NCBI GenBank assembly: GCA_001938485.1
Contig: MQRK01254795.1
Location: 23,526 to 87,525 of the forward strand
Reading direction: 5' to 3'
Length of the DNA stretch: 64,000 nt
DNA from: Girardia tigrina
Lineage: Eukaryota
The notes beneath the pieces were generated by a model, which did no database searches, was not told the origin of the DNA, and saw nothing but the letters and a program-made list of their open reading frames with translations. The position numbers and the translations under genes are program-made. Positions 1 through 12,200 of this stretch are shown piece by piece. The stretch's first letter is position 1; every line of letters starts with the position of its first letter.

Positions 1-39
<39 letters not shown>
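1..39. repeat. (AT)n microsatellite
   Basis: Direct dinucleotide run at the window start. Confidence 0.95.
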
Positions 40-43
<4 letters not shown>

Positions 44-559
44 TTAATCACTCTGGAACACCCACTTATACCATATTCGTCGCAAAGGAACTGGTCACGT
101 AAATTATGGTGCTTGCGTCGTCTGAAAGTGTAATGACCTTGATTTCTTGACCATTTCAAATATCAAGGAAACTGTCATCAAAATGATGTACGTTCATTGA
201 TTTTCGGATAGTTTGTTTTTTTATATTATTGTTTTCTTAATTTTCAACTGCCTCTTTCTGATTTTTTTTGAACATCGATGTGCCAAACTAATGATGTTTT
301 GAAATACAACATTCCCTTTATAGAAGCTTTGCTTTTGACAATTTTCAGATGCAAAGGAACCATTTTACTTTCAGACAAATAAATCAATCAATATTCAAAG
401 AAGTATTCAATAAATATTTTCTGTCAATATTTTTTTAACTATTACATATTTTTACTTTTTATATGTTACTATATACTGCGCAAGTAATTTCCGCCTTTAC
501 AGATCACAAACATAGAAATATAACATCATTCTCACTCTTTCTGGTACGAACCAATAGAT

Positions 560-860
560 TGTAGCTGAATTTAACCGTGTTGTTACATCCGTGATTTATG
601 GGACCGAGTATACATATCTGACAGTGACTGCGTTTAATTTCGGGTATTCGCCACAACATCTCCACTCACCATTTGGTTACTTGACCATTATGACCGGAGA
701 GGACCATTCTGAACTTGAAGCTTGTATTACTTTTTTACTAAAAATTATTTTAAGATCTTTTCTGCGGCATCTAATTTCTCAGGGGGTAATTGTCTTACCT
801 TTGAGTGTACTAGATGTCTGTTTGTATGTACAAAATATTCGGCAAATTTTGTGTGTCTTT
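560..860 (-). mobile_element. Decayed Ty3/Gypsy reverse transcriptase N-terminal fragment
   Basis: Minus-strand translation from 730: VIQASSSEWSSPVIMVK*PNGEWRCCGEYPKLNAVT. This matches the Gypsy RT motif I.PSxSxWxSPxxxVxKxxGxWRxCxDYRxLNxxT, with stops and frameshifts. Confidence 0.8.
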
Positions 861-959
861 ATTAGTTGTTTGTTTAGCTATAGTATAGTGCATAAAGAAG
901 GAAAACCCAGCAACAATTGCCATAAAGACTTAATAATTAAAGAAATTTTACGAACACAT

Positions 960-1490
960 CTGTAAGAAAGCACTTTAAGTATCCGTGTTGGCATAGATGA
1001 ATAGAGACGGTGGCATATTTCAGGTGATGCATAACCATTACTCGCGATACACCCCCAGATCATCAGTTTTTGATGATTGTTTGTTGAAACAGATAGAACA
1101 CAACATTGGGCAAATTTTTCATTTGACCGTTGATAAAAAAGCACGTATTTGTGCTCTACAGTCCTCGAACTCAAAAGAGCTTTCATCTGAGAATAACCAT
1201 GCACTGAAGTCTGTGTGGTAATGAGAGCGACACCAATTCTGTCTGGCTATTTTATGTCGTTGGATAAGATATTCTCTTACTGCGAGCCTTAAGGAAATTC
1301 CAGTCTCCTTTACAAGGTGATTTATAGTCCACCGGCTCTTTCCAAACTCATAGGCCAAACTGGTTGTACTGCAGAATCGTTCTCGCTTCATGAATAGACG
1401 AATGTGGCGGTCACTTTCAATTATTGTACACGGTGCTACCGAAGCAACTTTTTGTGAATGAAAATTGTCCAAGCTTTTGCTTTGCTACAT
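960..1490 (-). mobile_element. Tc1-like transposase fragment (frameshifted)
   Basis: HKIARQNWC...WLFSDESSF (first catalytic D), then KLMIWGCIA in an adjacent frame. Confidence 0.8.
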
Positions 1491-1701
1491 TAGTTAATAG
1501 AGGTCATAAGAAGTTCAAAAATGTTATTTTTCAAATATTTTATTGAGTCCTTTTTCCACAGAAGCCAAAAATTGAATTTTTGAAAAAAACGTATTTTTAG
1601 AAGAATAGGCAATGATATACTGTATAGATACTTCAATTGTTCAGTAAACTGAGTAACGCAAACTATGTGTAAAACGCATCAAAATGTTGGTGTGTGCAGT
1701 G

Positions 1702-2154
1702 TTAAGTATGACAGCTGTTGTACTCTTGCGCGACTCGAAGGAGCCTTTCGCCGAAATCAGGATTATCCAAACTATTCACCTTGAAGTTGTTCCATGCTTT
1801 GCCAAAATCTTGGTGTACGAATTCTGAGGCTTGTTCCCCCAATTGGCCAAGTCCATTCTGCTTCGACTTGCAGAATTCTGCCACATGATAGAAAACTACA
1901 TGAATTTTTTGAGTGACACTGTTGCCCAGCTGTAGATAGAATTCTTTGAATTCACCAATATTTGATTCAAATGGGCTCTCTAGATGATTTCTATAGCAAG
2001 ATGATACAACTTTACTAGAACTTCTGAAGGCGTTCACATGCACTTTGCAAAATTGTGGACAAAGCTCCTCCAAAAGATTTACTGTCGATAACAATATTTT
2101 ACAGGAATTATTGTCTCGAATATTTTCTTGGTTTTCATCATATAATGGTCTCAT
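1702..2154 (-). mobile_element. Transib/Chapaev-like (RAG1-related) transposase C-terminal fragment
   Basis: TQKIHVVFYHVAEF...GLGQLGEQASE.VHQDF shows the HxxxxH plus GxGxxxExxE arrangement of RAG1/Transib/Chapaev catalytic C-termini. Confidence 0.6.
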
Positions 2155-2404
2155 AATGTTTTGATTCAGCGATCATAAAATTCCAAGGAAATGTGCGTTT
2201 TTCTAGAATGATATCTAATTTTATATATCTGTACGTTTAAATAAGTAATCCATTGCCGACATATAGCATGAATTGAGAATTTTTCGGTTATCGATTAATG
2301 AATTTTTGTAAAATTTTCAAACGGTTATATTTTCTATGTTTTTTATTATCTATAGAAAATATAATATATACTTATTACTTATATATATTACTTATATATA
2401 TTAC

Positions 2405-2585
2405 TTACCACTGGTCGAAAGTAAAGCAAACCGAGATATAACTGTTATATATATATATATATATATANNNNNNNNNNNNNNNNNNNNNNNNNNNNNNNNN
2501 NNNNNNNNNNNNNNNNNATATATATATATATATATATATTTATAACAGTTATATCTCGGTTTGCTTTACTTACGACCAGTGGTAA
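2405..2585. repeat. Inverted ~45-bp arms flanking (TA)n and an N gap; third copy at ~3897-3945
   Basis: ttaccactggtcgaaagtaaagcaaaccgagatataactgttata and its near-perfect reverse complement at 2541-2585 (1 mismatch). Confidence 0.8.
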
Positions 2586-2864
2586 AATTAATAGATAGAT
2601 AGATAGAATATAAATATAAATAATAATGCTTCAATCTAAATTCAGAAAACACTTACTTTTATATTTCTTTGTAAGTGATTCGGTTAAATAATATTGGTAG
2701 TATCATTTATTAGTTTAGGGATTCATTTTAAAATCTTCTTAAAAAAAGGAAGTTTATTTATCAGAATCGATATATAAGCTTTCTTACTCAAGTGTCCGAA
2801 GTTGAAAGCTATCTTTCTGAATAAATGTATAATATAAATATGCTACGAAGACCCTCACTTAATT

Positions 2865-3435
2865 GACCATATAATGTGGATAGACGAATCTTTGTTTCAC
2901 CTATCTGGAGCTGTGTCACGACACAACAATGTTCGGTGGGTTCCAAAGAATTCACAAGCTTAAGAGCTGATTCTTAACTCTCGCCAGGAAATTATGGTGT
3001 ATTGTGGAGTAACTTCGGCGGATGTCTTAGGACCTTACTTCTTTGATGGTCCAGTCAATGCTGATGCCTATCTACGCCTGCTGCAAACAACTGTGTGGCA
3101 TTATGCAAGATACATGAGGCTTACCTTCCATCATGACGTGGATCCTGCCCATTATGCAGCTGGTTCGACCAAAAGTTTTTTCAGCGGGAGATCGGTAGAG
3201 GTGGTCCAACGGAGTGGCCTCTTTCGCCTGACTTAACTGTTTGTGAATACTTTCTTTGGGGCTACCTGAAGAAGCATGTGTACCCCACAAGGCCTGCTAC
3301 CATTGCTGATCTCCGATTCAAGATTGAGTGCAGCATTAAAGAAATATCCCTGGACATGGTCAAAAGAGCAAAACATGCAGCGTATGAGCGATTTGAACAG
3401 TGCATCGCCTTGTAGGGAAAACAACTGCAAATGTG
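2865..3435 (+). mobile_element. Tc1/mariner DDxD-type (rosa/DD41D-like) transposase pseudogene
   Basis: IMWIDESLFHL, MVYCGV...GPYFFDG, FHHD..PAH, WP.SPDLTVCEYFLWGYLK spread across frameshifts. Confidence 0.85.
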
Positions 3436-4492
3436 AACCCAATCAGAACACTCCCTGTATGTTGGCAGATACAGCGGAACCATTAACTTTGCATTTTCTT
3501 TTATTTTGTCAGACACGCATACAAAATAATTTCCTCCCATTACTTATACAATGCTACAAAAACTTTACTTTTGTTTTGAATAAATGATTTACAATTGTTG
3601 TAAGAACAAATAGATACTAAAATTGGAATATTCTAAAATTAAAATTGAACAACTAAACATTTCAACAATAATCGATCTATATAAGTCACTACATGTTTTG
3701 TTCTAGATAGAACTTCTTCAGGTATGTGATCAATTAAAAGAACGAACAGTTTAAATAAAAACTATAAAGGATTAGGCTGTACCAAATTGCAGAAAATTTT
3801 AAAATTGTATTGGTATTAAATTGTATTGGTATTTAATTGTATTGGTAATAAATACAATTATAAAATTTAAAAATTAAATTATATAATTATTTATTTTATA
3901 ACAGTTATTTCTCGATTTGCTTTACTTTCAACCAGTGATAAAATTAATTAACTTTGTGAGGAGTTAGTTAATTTTAGTTCGCTGATCAAAATTTAAATAG
4001 TTCTAAAAAAATTTTTGTAATTGAAATTAAATTGAAAATTTTATAAATTCATTTGAATTAAAATATTACTTTAGTAGAAGAATGAGTTGATCAAAACAGT
4101 TAACAGATAAAACAGTATTTTTAAAAATAATAATTTTATTTTAAATTAGAATTCTATTCATTTTTTTTTTGATATTTGTAAAAATTTATCTTTCAAATTT
4201 TAAATTACATTAATGGATATGAATAAAAAGTTAAATATTTAAGATATAAAAATTGAATATTCAATATAAAGTATTTTCTAAAATTTAAAAAATAGTAAAA
4301 ATATTATAAATTTTTTTTAAAAAAAACTCAAAATTAAAAACAGCATATAATATTTCATATGTAAAACGAAAAAAGAAAAGCATGCAACTGATGTGCAATA
4401 AGCACGACTCCGCTATTCCATGAATTATGTAAATATTATTCTATAAATTCTTCTCCACAAATTATTATTTACTATGATTTAAATTTATTTAG

Positions 4493-5220
4493 ATCGGTTG
4501 GGACTTCAAGATTATGTAAAAGTTGAAAATTTACAGGACGGTATTTTAAAGTCAATTGACTGCTATATGAAACACAACTCGTTCGATAACACTCATCGCC
4601 AGTCAGAGCTTTATGCGACAATTCTTCCTGAACTCCGCAGTACAACAAACTGGCATTCACAGATAATCATTCATTCAATCGATTCTATTTTCAATGACCA
4701 ATCATCCATTTTGAAGGGTATTTATAATTACAATCATTCTTATGTCCCAAAACATATACAATCTACGGAGTCGAGCTTTCTTCCTCTTTCTAATTCTGAT
4801 ATGATCAACATTTCGATAAATTCAAATTCTCTTGATTTGGATCAATGTCAGATTTATAGTTCAGATGTAAAGTATCCCCACTTTTCGTACATATCCCAAT
4901 CAATGCCTTCCATATATTCACATACATCTGCCAATGCTAGCAGTTTATCAAACGGTGGCCACGATGACCAATCGCCAAATATTTACCACAGTAATTCACT
5001 CAGAAATTCGCATTTACCCAACAACTCAGGTCAGTCATCATTCACAGAACTCTTGATCCACTCATCTCCCGAACTTAAGCCCAACAAACTCTATCTTACT
5101 GAAAATTTTTCTCAGGAATCCTCGATACATGCCAACTACACCCCGGTGACGAACCATTCTAATTTGATTACTCATGATTCTGCAGATCCGGTTTTCGATT
5201 TTTCAAATGATTTAATATAA
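4493..5220 (+). CDS. Terminal exon of a nuclear receptor (NR1-like ligand-binding domain, helices 9-11) with a long Ser/Asn-rich F-domain
   Basis: Acceptor tttatttAG at 4491-4492 is followed by (G)AT CGG, giving (D)RLGLQDYVKVENLQDGILKSIDCYMKH...LYATILPELRSTTNWHSQII. This matches the NR1 pattern DRxGLxxxxxVExLQxxxxxxLxxY...LxxLRSxxxxHS, and the intron falls in the Asp codon of DR as in VDR/TR/RAR genes. The frame is open to TAA at 5220. Confidence 0.75.
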
Positions 5221-6159
5221 CTTATACATACGTATGTATATAATTATAGTATCTATCTCATATTTATCTATCTACCTATATATAATTATCATTAATTTTT
5301 TACTCCCTAATTTGTTTTTTTCAATTACATGTATACATTATTAAATATTTTTAATGGATATACTATAGTTTACTGGTGAATTTTATTCATTTTAATTATT
5401 GATCTTTTAATCGATTTGTAGAAGACAGTTAGAAATTGATTTTTAACAATGCTGCTCTTGTTTTGTGTTTTTTTTAAGATAGAGTCTGCATTTTTCTGTA
5501 AGCACTTGTTTATTTGATATATATATACTTTTATTAAAATTATATTATTATTATAAGTTTATTTAATTGATTAGCTTTTATAATTAGCCTGCCTTGTAAT
5601 TATTGATTTCAATTAGTTGACTGAAGCTCTAGTTATTGATTTTTATTGAAGTATTTTATGTTCCGTGTATTAGTTCAAATCATTGCGTGTGCCTTAGATG
5701 GAGGATCATAAGAGATATTTTATGATGACAATACCGGTTCAAGTGAAAGATTAACTGGCTAATTGAATAAATCTATGATTAAACTATTACAATTATTTAT
5801 TATTATTATGCCTTTCAAGCATTTTATTTTTATTTTTTGTTACACTTCAGGAATAAGTTTTCTAGAATTGGATTGCTGTTGACAAAAACAATATATTGTG
5901 TTTAGTGTGAGTTTGTTAGATAATTATTACATGTATGATACTGCAGACTTAAAGATAAAGTTGAGTTGCTTTTAATTACTGGTGATTTGATTTATGAATA
6001 AATTTTATTGTTTTATTTTTGATTAATTATTTTAATAAATGATTACTAAAATTATATTATGACAAATTTTATAAAGATGTCTTATTTTGCACAGCTAACT
6101 TACTATTCGCTGAACGCACAGTAACGTGACATGCTCATCAAGACCTCATCTGCCAATTA

Positions 6160-6390
6160 CCCTCAATTATTACCCTCTCAATAAAATTACCAATTTCCAT
6201 TATGATCTTCTTGACTGGCTTTCCCCTAACTTTAGATTTCTCTATACGGCCAGTAGTTTTAAAAACCTTTACTATCATTGCCATCGTTGTTTTTTTATTT
6301 GCAATTCGTTTGCTACATTAACCATGCCCTCACCAAAATTAATAACTTTTTCAATTAAAAGTCTTCGCATTTCATCAGAAACATGCTTTT
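6160..6390 (-). mobile_element. Tc1/IS630-like transposase N-terminal HTH remnant
   Basis: HVSDEMRR..IEKVINFGEGMVNVANELQIKKT..MIVKVFKTTGRIEKSKVRGK read across frameshifts. Confidence 0.55.
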
Positions 6391-7790
6391 TACATTCTGG
6401 TATTATGAAAAAAATATTATTTATCATTCTTAAGGTAGTAAAAATTTAAATTATATTATAGTATTTAAACAATAAATATGATAGATAAATACATTTTATT
6501 TTTTAATTTTGATTTTTTATGTGCATCCATAAAGTTCAATTTCATTTTGCAAAAGTTTAATTTCATTGTAAAAATGCTATATAAAAAACCCTAAAAATCA
6601 TATTATCAACCTTCTTTTATAATCTTCTTGTATTCAAAAACCTTGTCAAAGGAACCTACAAAATCACTATCAACCTTCAAATTACCTTATAAATTTTCAA
6701 AATCACCTTTTCAACCTTCAAATAAATATTATATTATATTATTATATTATCAACCATTCAAAAAGTAACCGTAACCATGTTGTTATTGTCATGCATTCAT
6801 CATGTCAACGAAATGTACCGTTGAACATTTTATATAATATACATATTTTATAGATAACTTATTATATATTTTATATATAAAATAAATTCCAATATTAGAT
6901 ATATTTTATATTATATACAACTTCTTATATATTTTCTATTAAACAATAAAAATTGTTGTTTTCATGTTTGTAATAAAAGTAGTTTCGCAATAAAAAAATT
7001 TATTGATGAAAGTACTTTTAAAAGGTTGTATTGATAAAAATAGTAAAAATATGCTACATATATAATTATAAAAGCAGACAATTACAGAAAATAAGCAAGA
7101 ATAAGTAAATACTTAATAAAACCTCAATATACGATATTAGGAATATGAAGGACAGGCTCACTCTTAACATTTTTGAAACAATTAATTTTTATAAAGAATT
7201 TTTAAAATAAGGAAATATTTAAAATCAAAAGATTTCTAAGCAATTATAATTAAAAAAATATCTTAATTAATTTTAAAAAGTTATTTTCGGAAATAATCAA
7301 ATTTTAATTGTAAAAACTTAAATGAAATTAATTGGGAAATAATGGATTTTTAAATAAATGATTTAAAAGAAATATATAAAGATAAGGATAATTATGTTTG
7401 TACTAATTTTAAAAGTATTCTAAAAAATAAAATAATGAACTTTGTTGCCAAATATGTAAATTGAAAGAAACAGATAATTATAAATTTTAAAGTCAGTTTG
7501 AAATTCTGCAAATTAAAGATTTGACAAATACTTAATTCTAAACAGTTTTCGTAAAAAAAATAAAAATTAAAACTTTTAGCATTAATGTATCGTAATAATA
7601 ATAAAAATTTGAAAACTGTAAATTATTTTTTGTATTTAAAATTTGTATTGTATTTAAAATTGTATATTTTTGTATTTTAAATTATTGTGGGTAATAAAAG
7701 GCTTTTAAACTGAAATATTGATAATAAATAAAACGCTAAAATCTTTTATTAATTAAAAACGTTTTCATAAATAAAAGAAAATAACATTAA

Positions 7791-8296
7791 CCGTTTACAT
7801 GCGGACCCCATTAAACCTTTGCCTTTCGTGTTAAAACTTTTAAAACAATCTATATATACTCTAACTAAGAAAATTACGTGGTTAAATCGGCGACCCAATC
7901 AATACCCAGAGAGAAAAATAGGTGTCCTTTTTATAGGACAGCCGTATTATTAGAGTACTAAACTTTTTAATACACAGCAATAATATAAAAAACACGCATC
8001 ACTAAGCTATTGTGGGCGAGTGTGGTATGCATGAAAGCAAAGAGGATGAAGAGTTACAGAACACTGAATGCACTTAAATTTCGCCTTCTGGTGGCATTCT
8101 GTCTTTTTTGTCAATAACCTTTTGTCATCAAATGGAGCAGAAATAGGGGCTTGTTTACGTGATGTACTGATATCAATAGAAAGAGAAATGCTTGCTTAAT
8201 CAGAAAATCGTGTTTAAGTGAAAAAATATAGTAGTAGGTCACGACTACTGTCATTTATATGAGTGTCCTTTAAAAAGGACAGCCGCATGAAAACGG
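7791..8296. mobile_element. piggyBac-like non-autonomous element (MITE)
   Basis: TTAA|CCGTTTACATGCGG ... CCGCATGAAAACGG|TTAA terminal inverted repeats with TTAA target duplication. The internal palindromic motif GTGTCCTTT...AGGACAGCCG occurs at ~7922 and ~8263. Confidence 0.8.
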
Positions 8297-8359
8297 TTAA
8301 ACTAACTCTAAAATAATAAAAATCATTTTTATTAATTTAGTAAAAATATGACTACAATA

Positions 8360-8635
8360 AATTATGTTGGTTTTAATTTAGATTAAGTTGCATAAAATAG
8401 TGGAATGTAAATTTTCAAAATAAAGAGAATAAAAAAATTTCAATTTTAAAATAGCTCATCAGTATTTATAATTCCATATTTTTATATAAAAATCTGGTCA
8501 AAAAGCAAACGAAGAAAAGTTCCTCGACGAAAAATTGTTTGAATAATTGTTATTTGTGTTAGAAATAAAATTTGGTGTTAATGATTTTATTTGGTTTTAA
8601 TAATTTTTATCAAGAACTCAACAAGGAATATTAAT
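8360..8635. repeat. Dispersed AT-rich repeat with a diverged inverted copy at ~11350-11655
   Basis: Shared blocks ggaatgtaaattttcaaaataaa, aatctggtca, gaaaagttcctc and atcaagaac(t/c)caaca in opposite orientation. Confidence 0.7.
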
Positions 8636-9234
8636 AATGTCAATCTTTATTTTGTCTGGTATTTTTTCTTTCTTCTTATAGCTTGCAATGGAAACTTGTA
8701 ATTCCAATTAGATAAATTTTCGCGCGTGATAATAAGTAGATAGTCCCAAAAAATAATAGAATAGAGTAATACACTATAATTATCTGCGATTACTAATTAT
8801 ATAATTCGATTGAATATTTTATTGATTTTTTTTGTTTCATATTTCTTTAATTTTATTTTGCTGATTTTTAGTTTAATTTAGTTTCTTTCATTTTTTATCT
8901 TTTTATTTTTGTACTTTCTTTTGAATTCTTCTTCATTATATAAAAATTGGATTTTTCTTATTTCAATCAAATTATCAAATAAAAAGTAATACAATAATAA
9001 AAATTACACTACATAAAAGAATAAAAATACACAGGAAACCCTTCAATAAAAAAAACTTGACGGCCTTCATTACAAAAAAATAAAATAAGATATAAATATA
9101 ACTTAGTTATTTTTAGATATTAATAAAATATAGATAAAAATACCAATAGGTTTATTTTAGATATCAAAAAAATGAACGGGCAAGTCAATGTTCTTTTTTA
9201 TACTTTGAATGAAAACATATATTCAGGCATTGAT

Positions 9235-12200
9235 TTAAACGCTCAGTAAAATAAACGAATCCTATGTATAATAATCATCCTCTCAATAAATTAATATATT
9301 CTCAGTATAATAATTGGTCGCTCAGTAAATAAAAAAATATGTTATGTATAATAATAGATATCTCAGTAAAATAAAATAAAGCTAAGTAAAAAAATAACAT
9401 CTAAGTAACAAAATCAAAAGTATCGGTATATTAAAAAAATCTGTTATTTTTAATAAAGCGATCAGTAAAGCAGAAATTAGTAATGTGAAAAAAAACAGGT
9501 TTCATCTTTGTTCTACCATAAAAAACAATAAATTAATTTGCAATGTCATTTAAATCAATTGCTAAAATAGTTATCATCATTATAAATAGTATTATATTTC
9601 ATCTTCATATTACTTTCATTTATTTAATTTTCTATTCTTATCTGTATTTTAGAAATAAAATCAACCACTAAAAATAGCAAGCAATTTTACGCATATTCCA
9701 GAATATCAGTCATCAGATTCTGAAACGAGCTTTCAGGAATATAATACTGTTAAAAAAAGTACGTTGAAAAGGTCACGAGTTTGGGAGGTAGATAGTCATT
9801 TTAAAATACGAGCTGAAGTACTAAATAAATTTAAGCAAGAAAAGATTTGGAGTTACCATTATACGAATAAGACAGCAGAGGGTGAAAAAATGTTTTATAT
9901 GTATAATTTATCTAAGTTCAAAGGAAAGCAGTGTGATGCAGGTATTTATTTTTTATACAATTCTACGAGTGAAGAAGTTATATAAAGCTAAGGCTGACCT
10001 TACACAAGATGAAAATTCTGCTAGAAATGTTATTACAGAAGATCTAAAAAAATTATTCCCAACCTAGGTTTAAGAACAAAGCCAAAGAGAATATTAGAAA
10101 AGTTGCATGAGAAGATAGAAGAAAAAGATACAATCCCAACCATAAGGCAGTTAAGAACTTTTTTAACTAAATTGAAAAAAGAAAATATAATAAGTTTAAG
10201 TTAGTTAGAAGAAATACTTAAGGATAAAACTATGGTCCCAGAGTCAAATGATGAGGCTTTTGTATTAAGTTATTATGTACATTATGAATTGAGCGATAAT
10301 GAAAGTGATGAAGAAGATGAAGAAGTAGAAAATAATATTTTCAGATTTTTCATAACTACGAAGTGACTATTGCGTCAAGCAATTAAAAGAAAAATTCTTC
10401 ATGAAGATGGTACTTATAAGTTGAATTGGCATGGTTTCCAGCTTTACTTTTTGGCACAACAGACTTAGATCGTCACTTCCATCCTTATGATCTTGCACTA
10501 TGTTCTAATTAAAAGACTTCTGACTTTATTTTTATTTTTAAGAATTTTGTTGAAGGCATGTCTAATATTTATAATGCATCCTTTGAACCAGAAATATTAA
10601 TCAGCGACGCATCAGCTGCAATTAAAAATGATTTTATTAAGATTTTTAATAAGAATAAAATTGTTATGGGCTGGGCTCATATGCGTCGAGCTTGTGCTAA
10701 AAAGGTTGAATCGATGATCTATACTGATAAACGTGACAGTATCTTAGATGATATCAATAAGTTACAACTTTCAGAGTCTTTAGAAATCTTTGAAAGGTTT
10801 CTGTTTTCTTTCTTAAAAAATGGAAAAAAGATTTTCCTGAGTTTGTCAAGTATTTTTACGAGTGACTAGTACAAAATGACGCATGGTTTGAAGGTTATTC
10901 TCACCTTACACCTAGCACAAACAATGCTTTTGAATCTTTTAATAGATGCATAAAAGACGAGCATACTTTGTGTAAAGAACACAAACTAGATAACAAAATT
11001 TATTATATAAAATATTGATCGAGGTTTGATAACCAATTAAACTTTGAAATCCTCAATCTTTTATATTAAGGCAATATTATATAATATTATATAATATGCC
11101 CCGGGTTTAGTTGATGCAATTGAAATTGACCTTGAAATTGCATATTGTTAAGGTCCTGAAACCAAATATATTTTAAAAAAAATTTAAAATAAATAAATAC
11201 CTTACACTCCTAAAAAAATAAATTATAAAAAATAATAAATTAAAATTAAAATAAAATGTGTTGATAAATCCCTTTGTAACTTCCCTTTTGTTTGAGCTCA
11301 GTGCTCAGGGACTCAAGGTAGTTAATAGGGATAATTTGTATCAGTATAAGCAATATTACCTGTTGGGTTCTTGATCAATATTGTAATTCATTAACAACAA
11401 AAATTTATTAATAACACAATTAACAATTATTCAAAAAATTTTTAGTTAACAATTTTTGCTTTAATAAAAATTGTTTGTAGAGGAACTTTTCTATCGTTTT
11501 CTTTATGACCAGATTCTTATATAAAAAAATGAAATTATATGAAATAAATAAAAATATGAAATAAATAACTGATAAGTTATTTTAAAATTGAAAATTTTTA
11601 ATTCTATTTATTTTGAAAATTTACATTCCTTATTTTTAAATTAAAACCAACAAAATTTTTATTTTATTAAAATTAATATTAAACAATTATTATTATTTTA
11701 TTTAGCTCCTTGTCAACGAGTTTTTCCTCCCTCGCAGGAGCCCGTTCATTAAGGGGGCACGCCTGTGTTAGTTGGAAAAAGCCGTTGAAGGCTTGGGAAA
11801 TAATTAATGATTATTTATTATTATTATATTTTTTATTATTTCTATTAGTATTATTATTAATAATATTATTATTTTATTATTATTATTTTATTACTATTTT
11901 ANNNNNNNNNNNNNNNNNNNNNNNNNNNNNNNNNNNNNNNNNNNNNNNNNNNNNNNNNNNNNNNNNNNNNNNNNNNNNNNNNNNNNNNNNNNNNNNNNNN
12001 NNNNNNNNNNNNNNNNNNNNNNNNNNNNNNNNNNNNNNNNNNNNNNNNNNNNNNNNNNNNNTATAAAAAATATATATTATAAAAAAATATAATATTAAAA
12101 ATCAAAAAAGAAAAAAACGTACCTTTTCAAATGAGGATTGGGAGAGAAATGATTTGGGCAATTATGCCCACAGTTTTTATTAAAAAATAAAAACGGGCAA

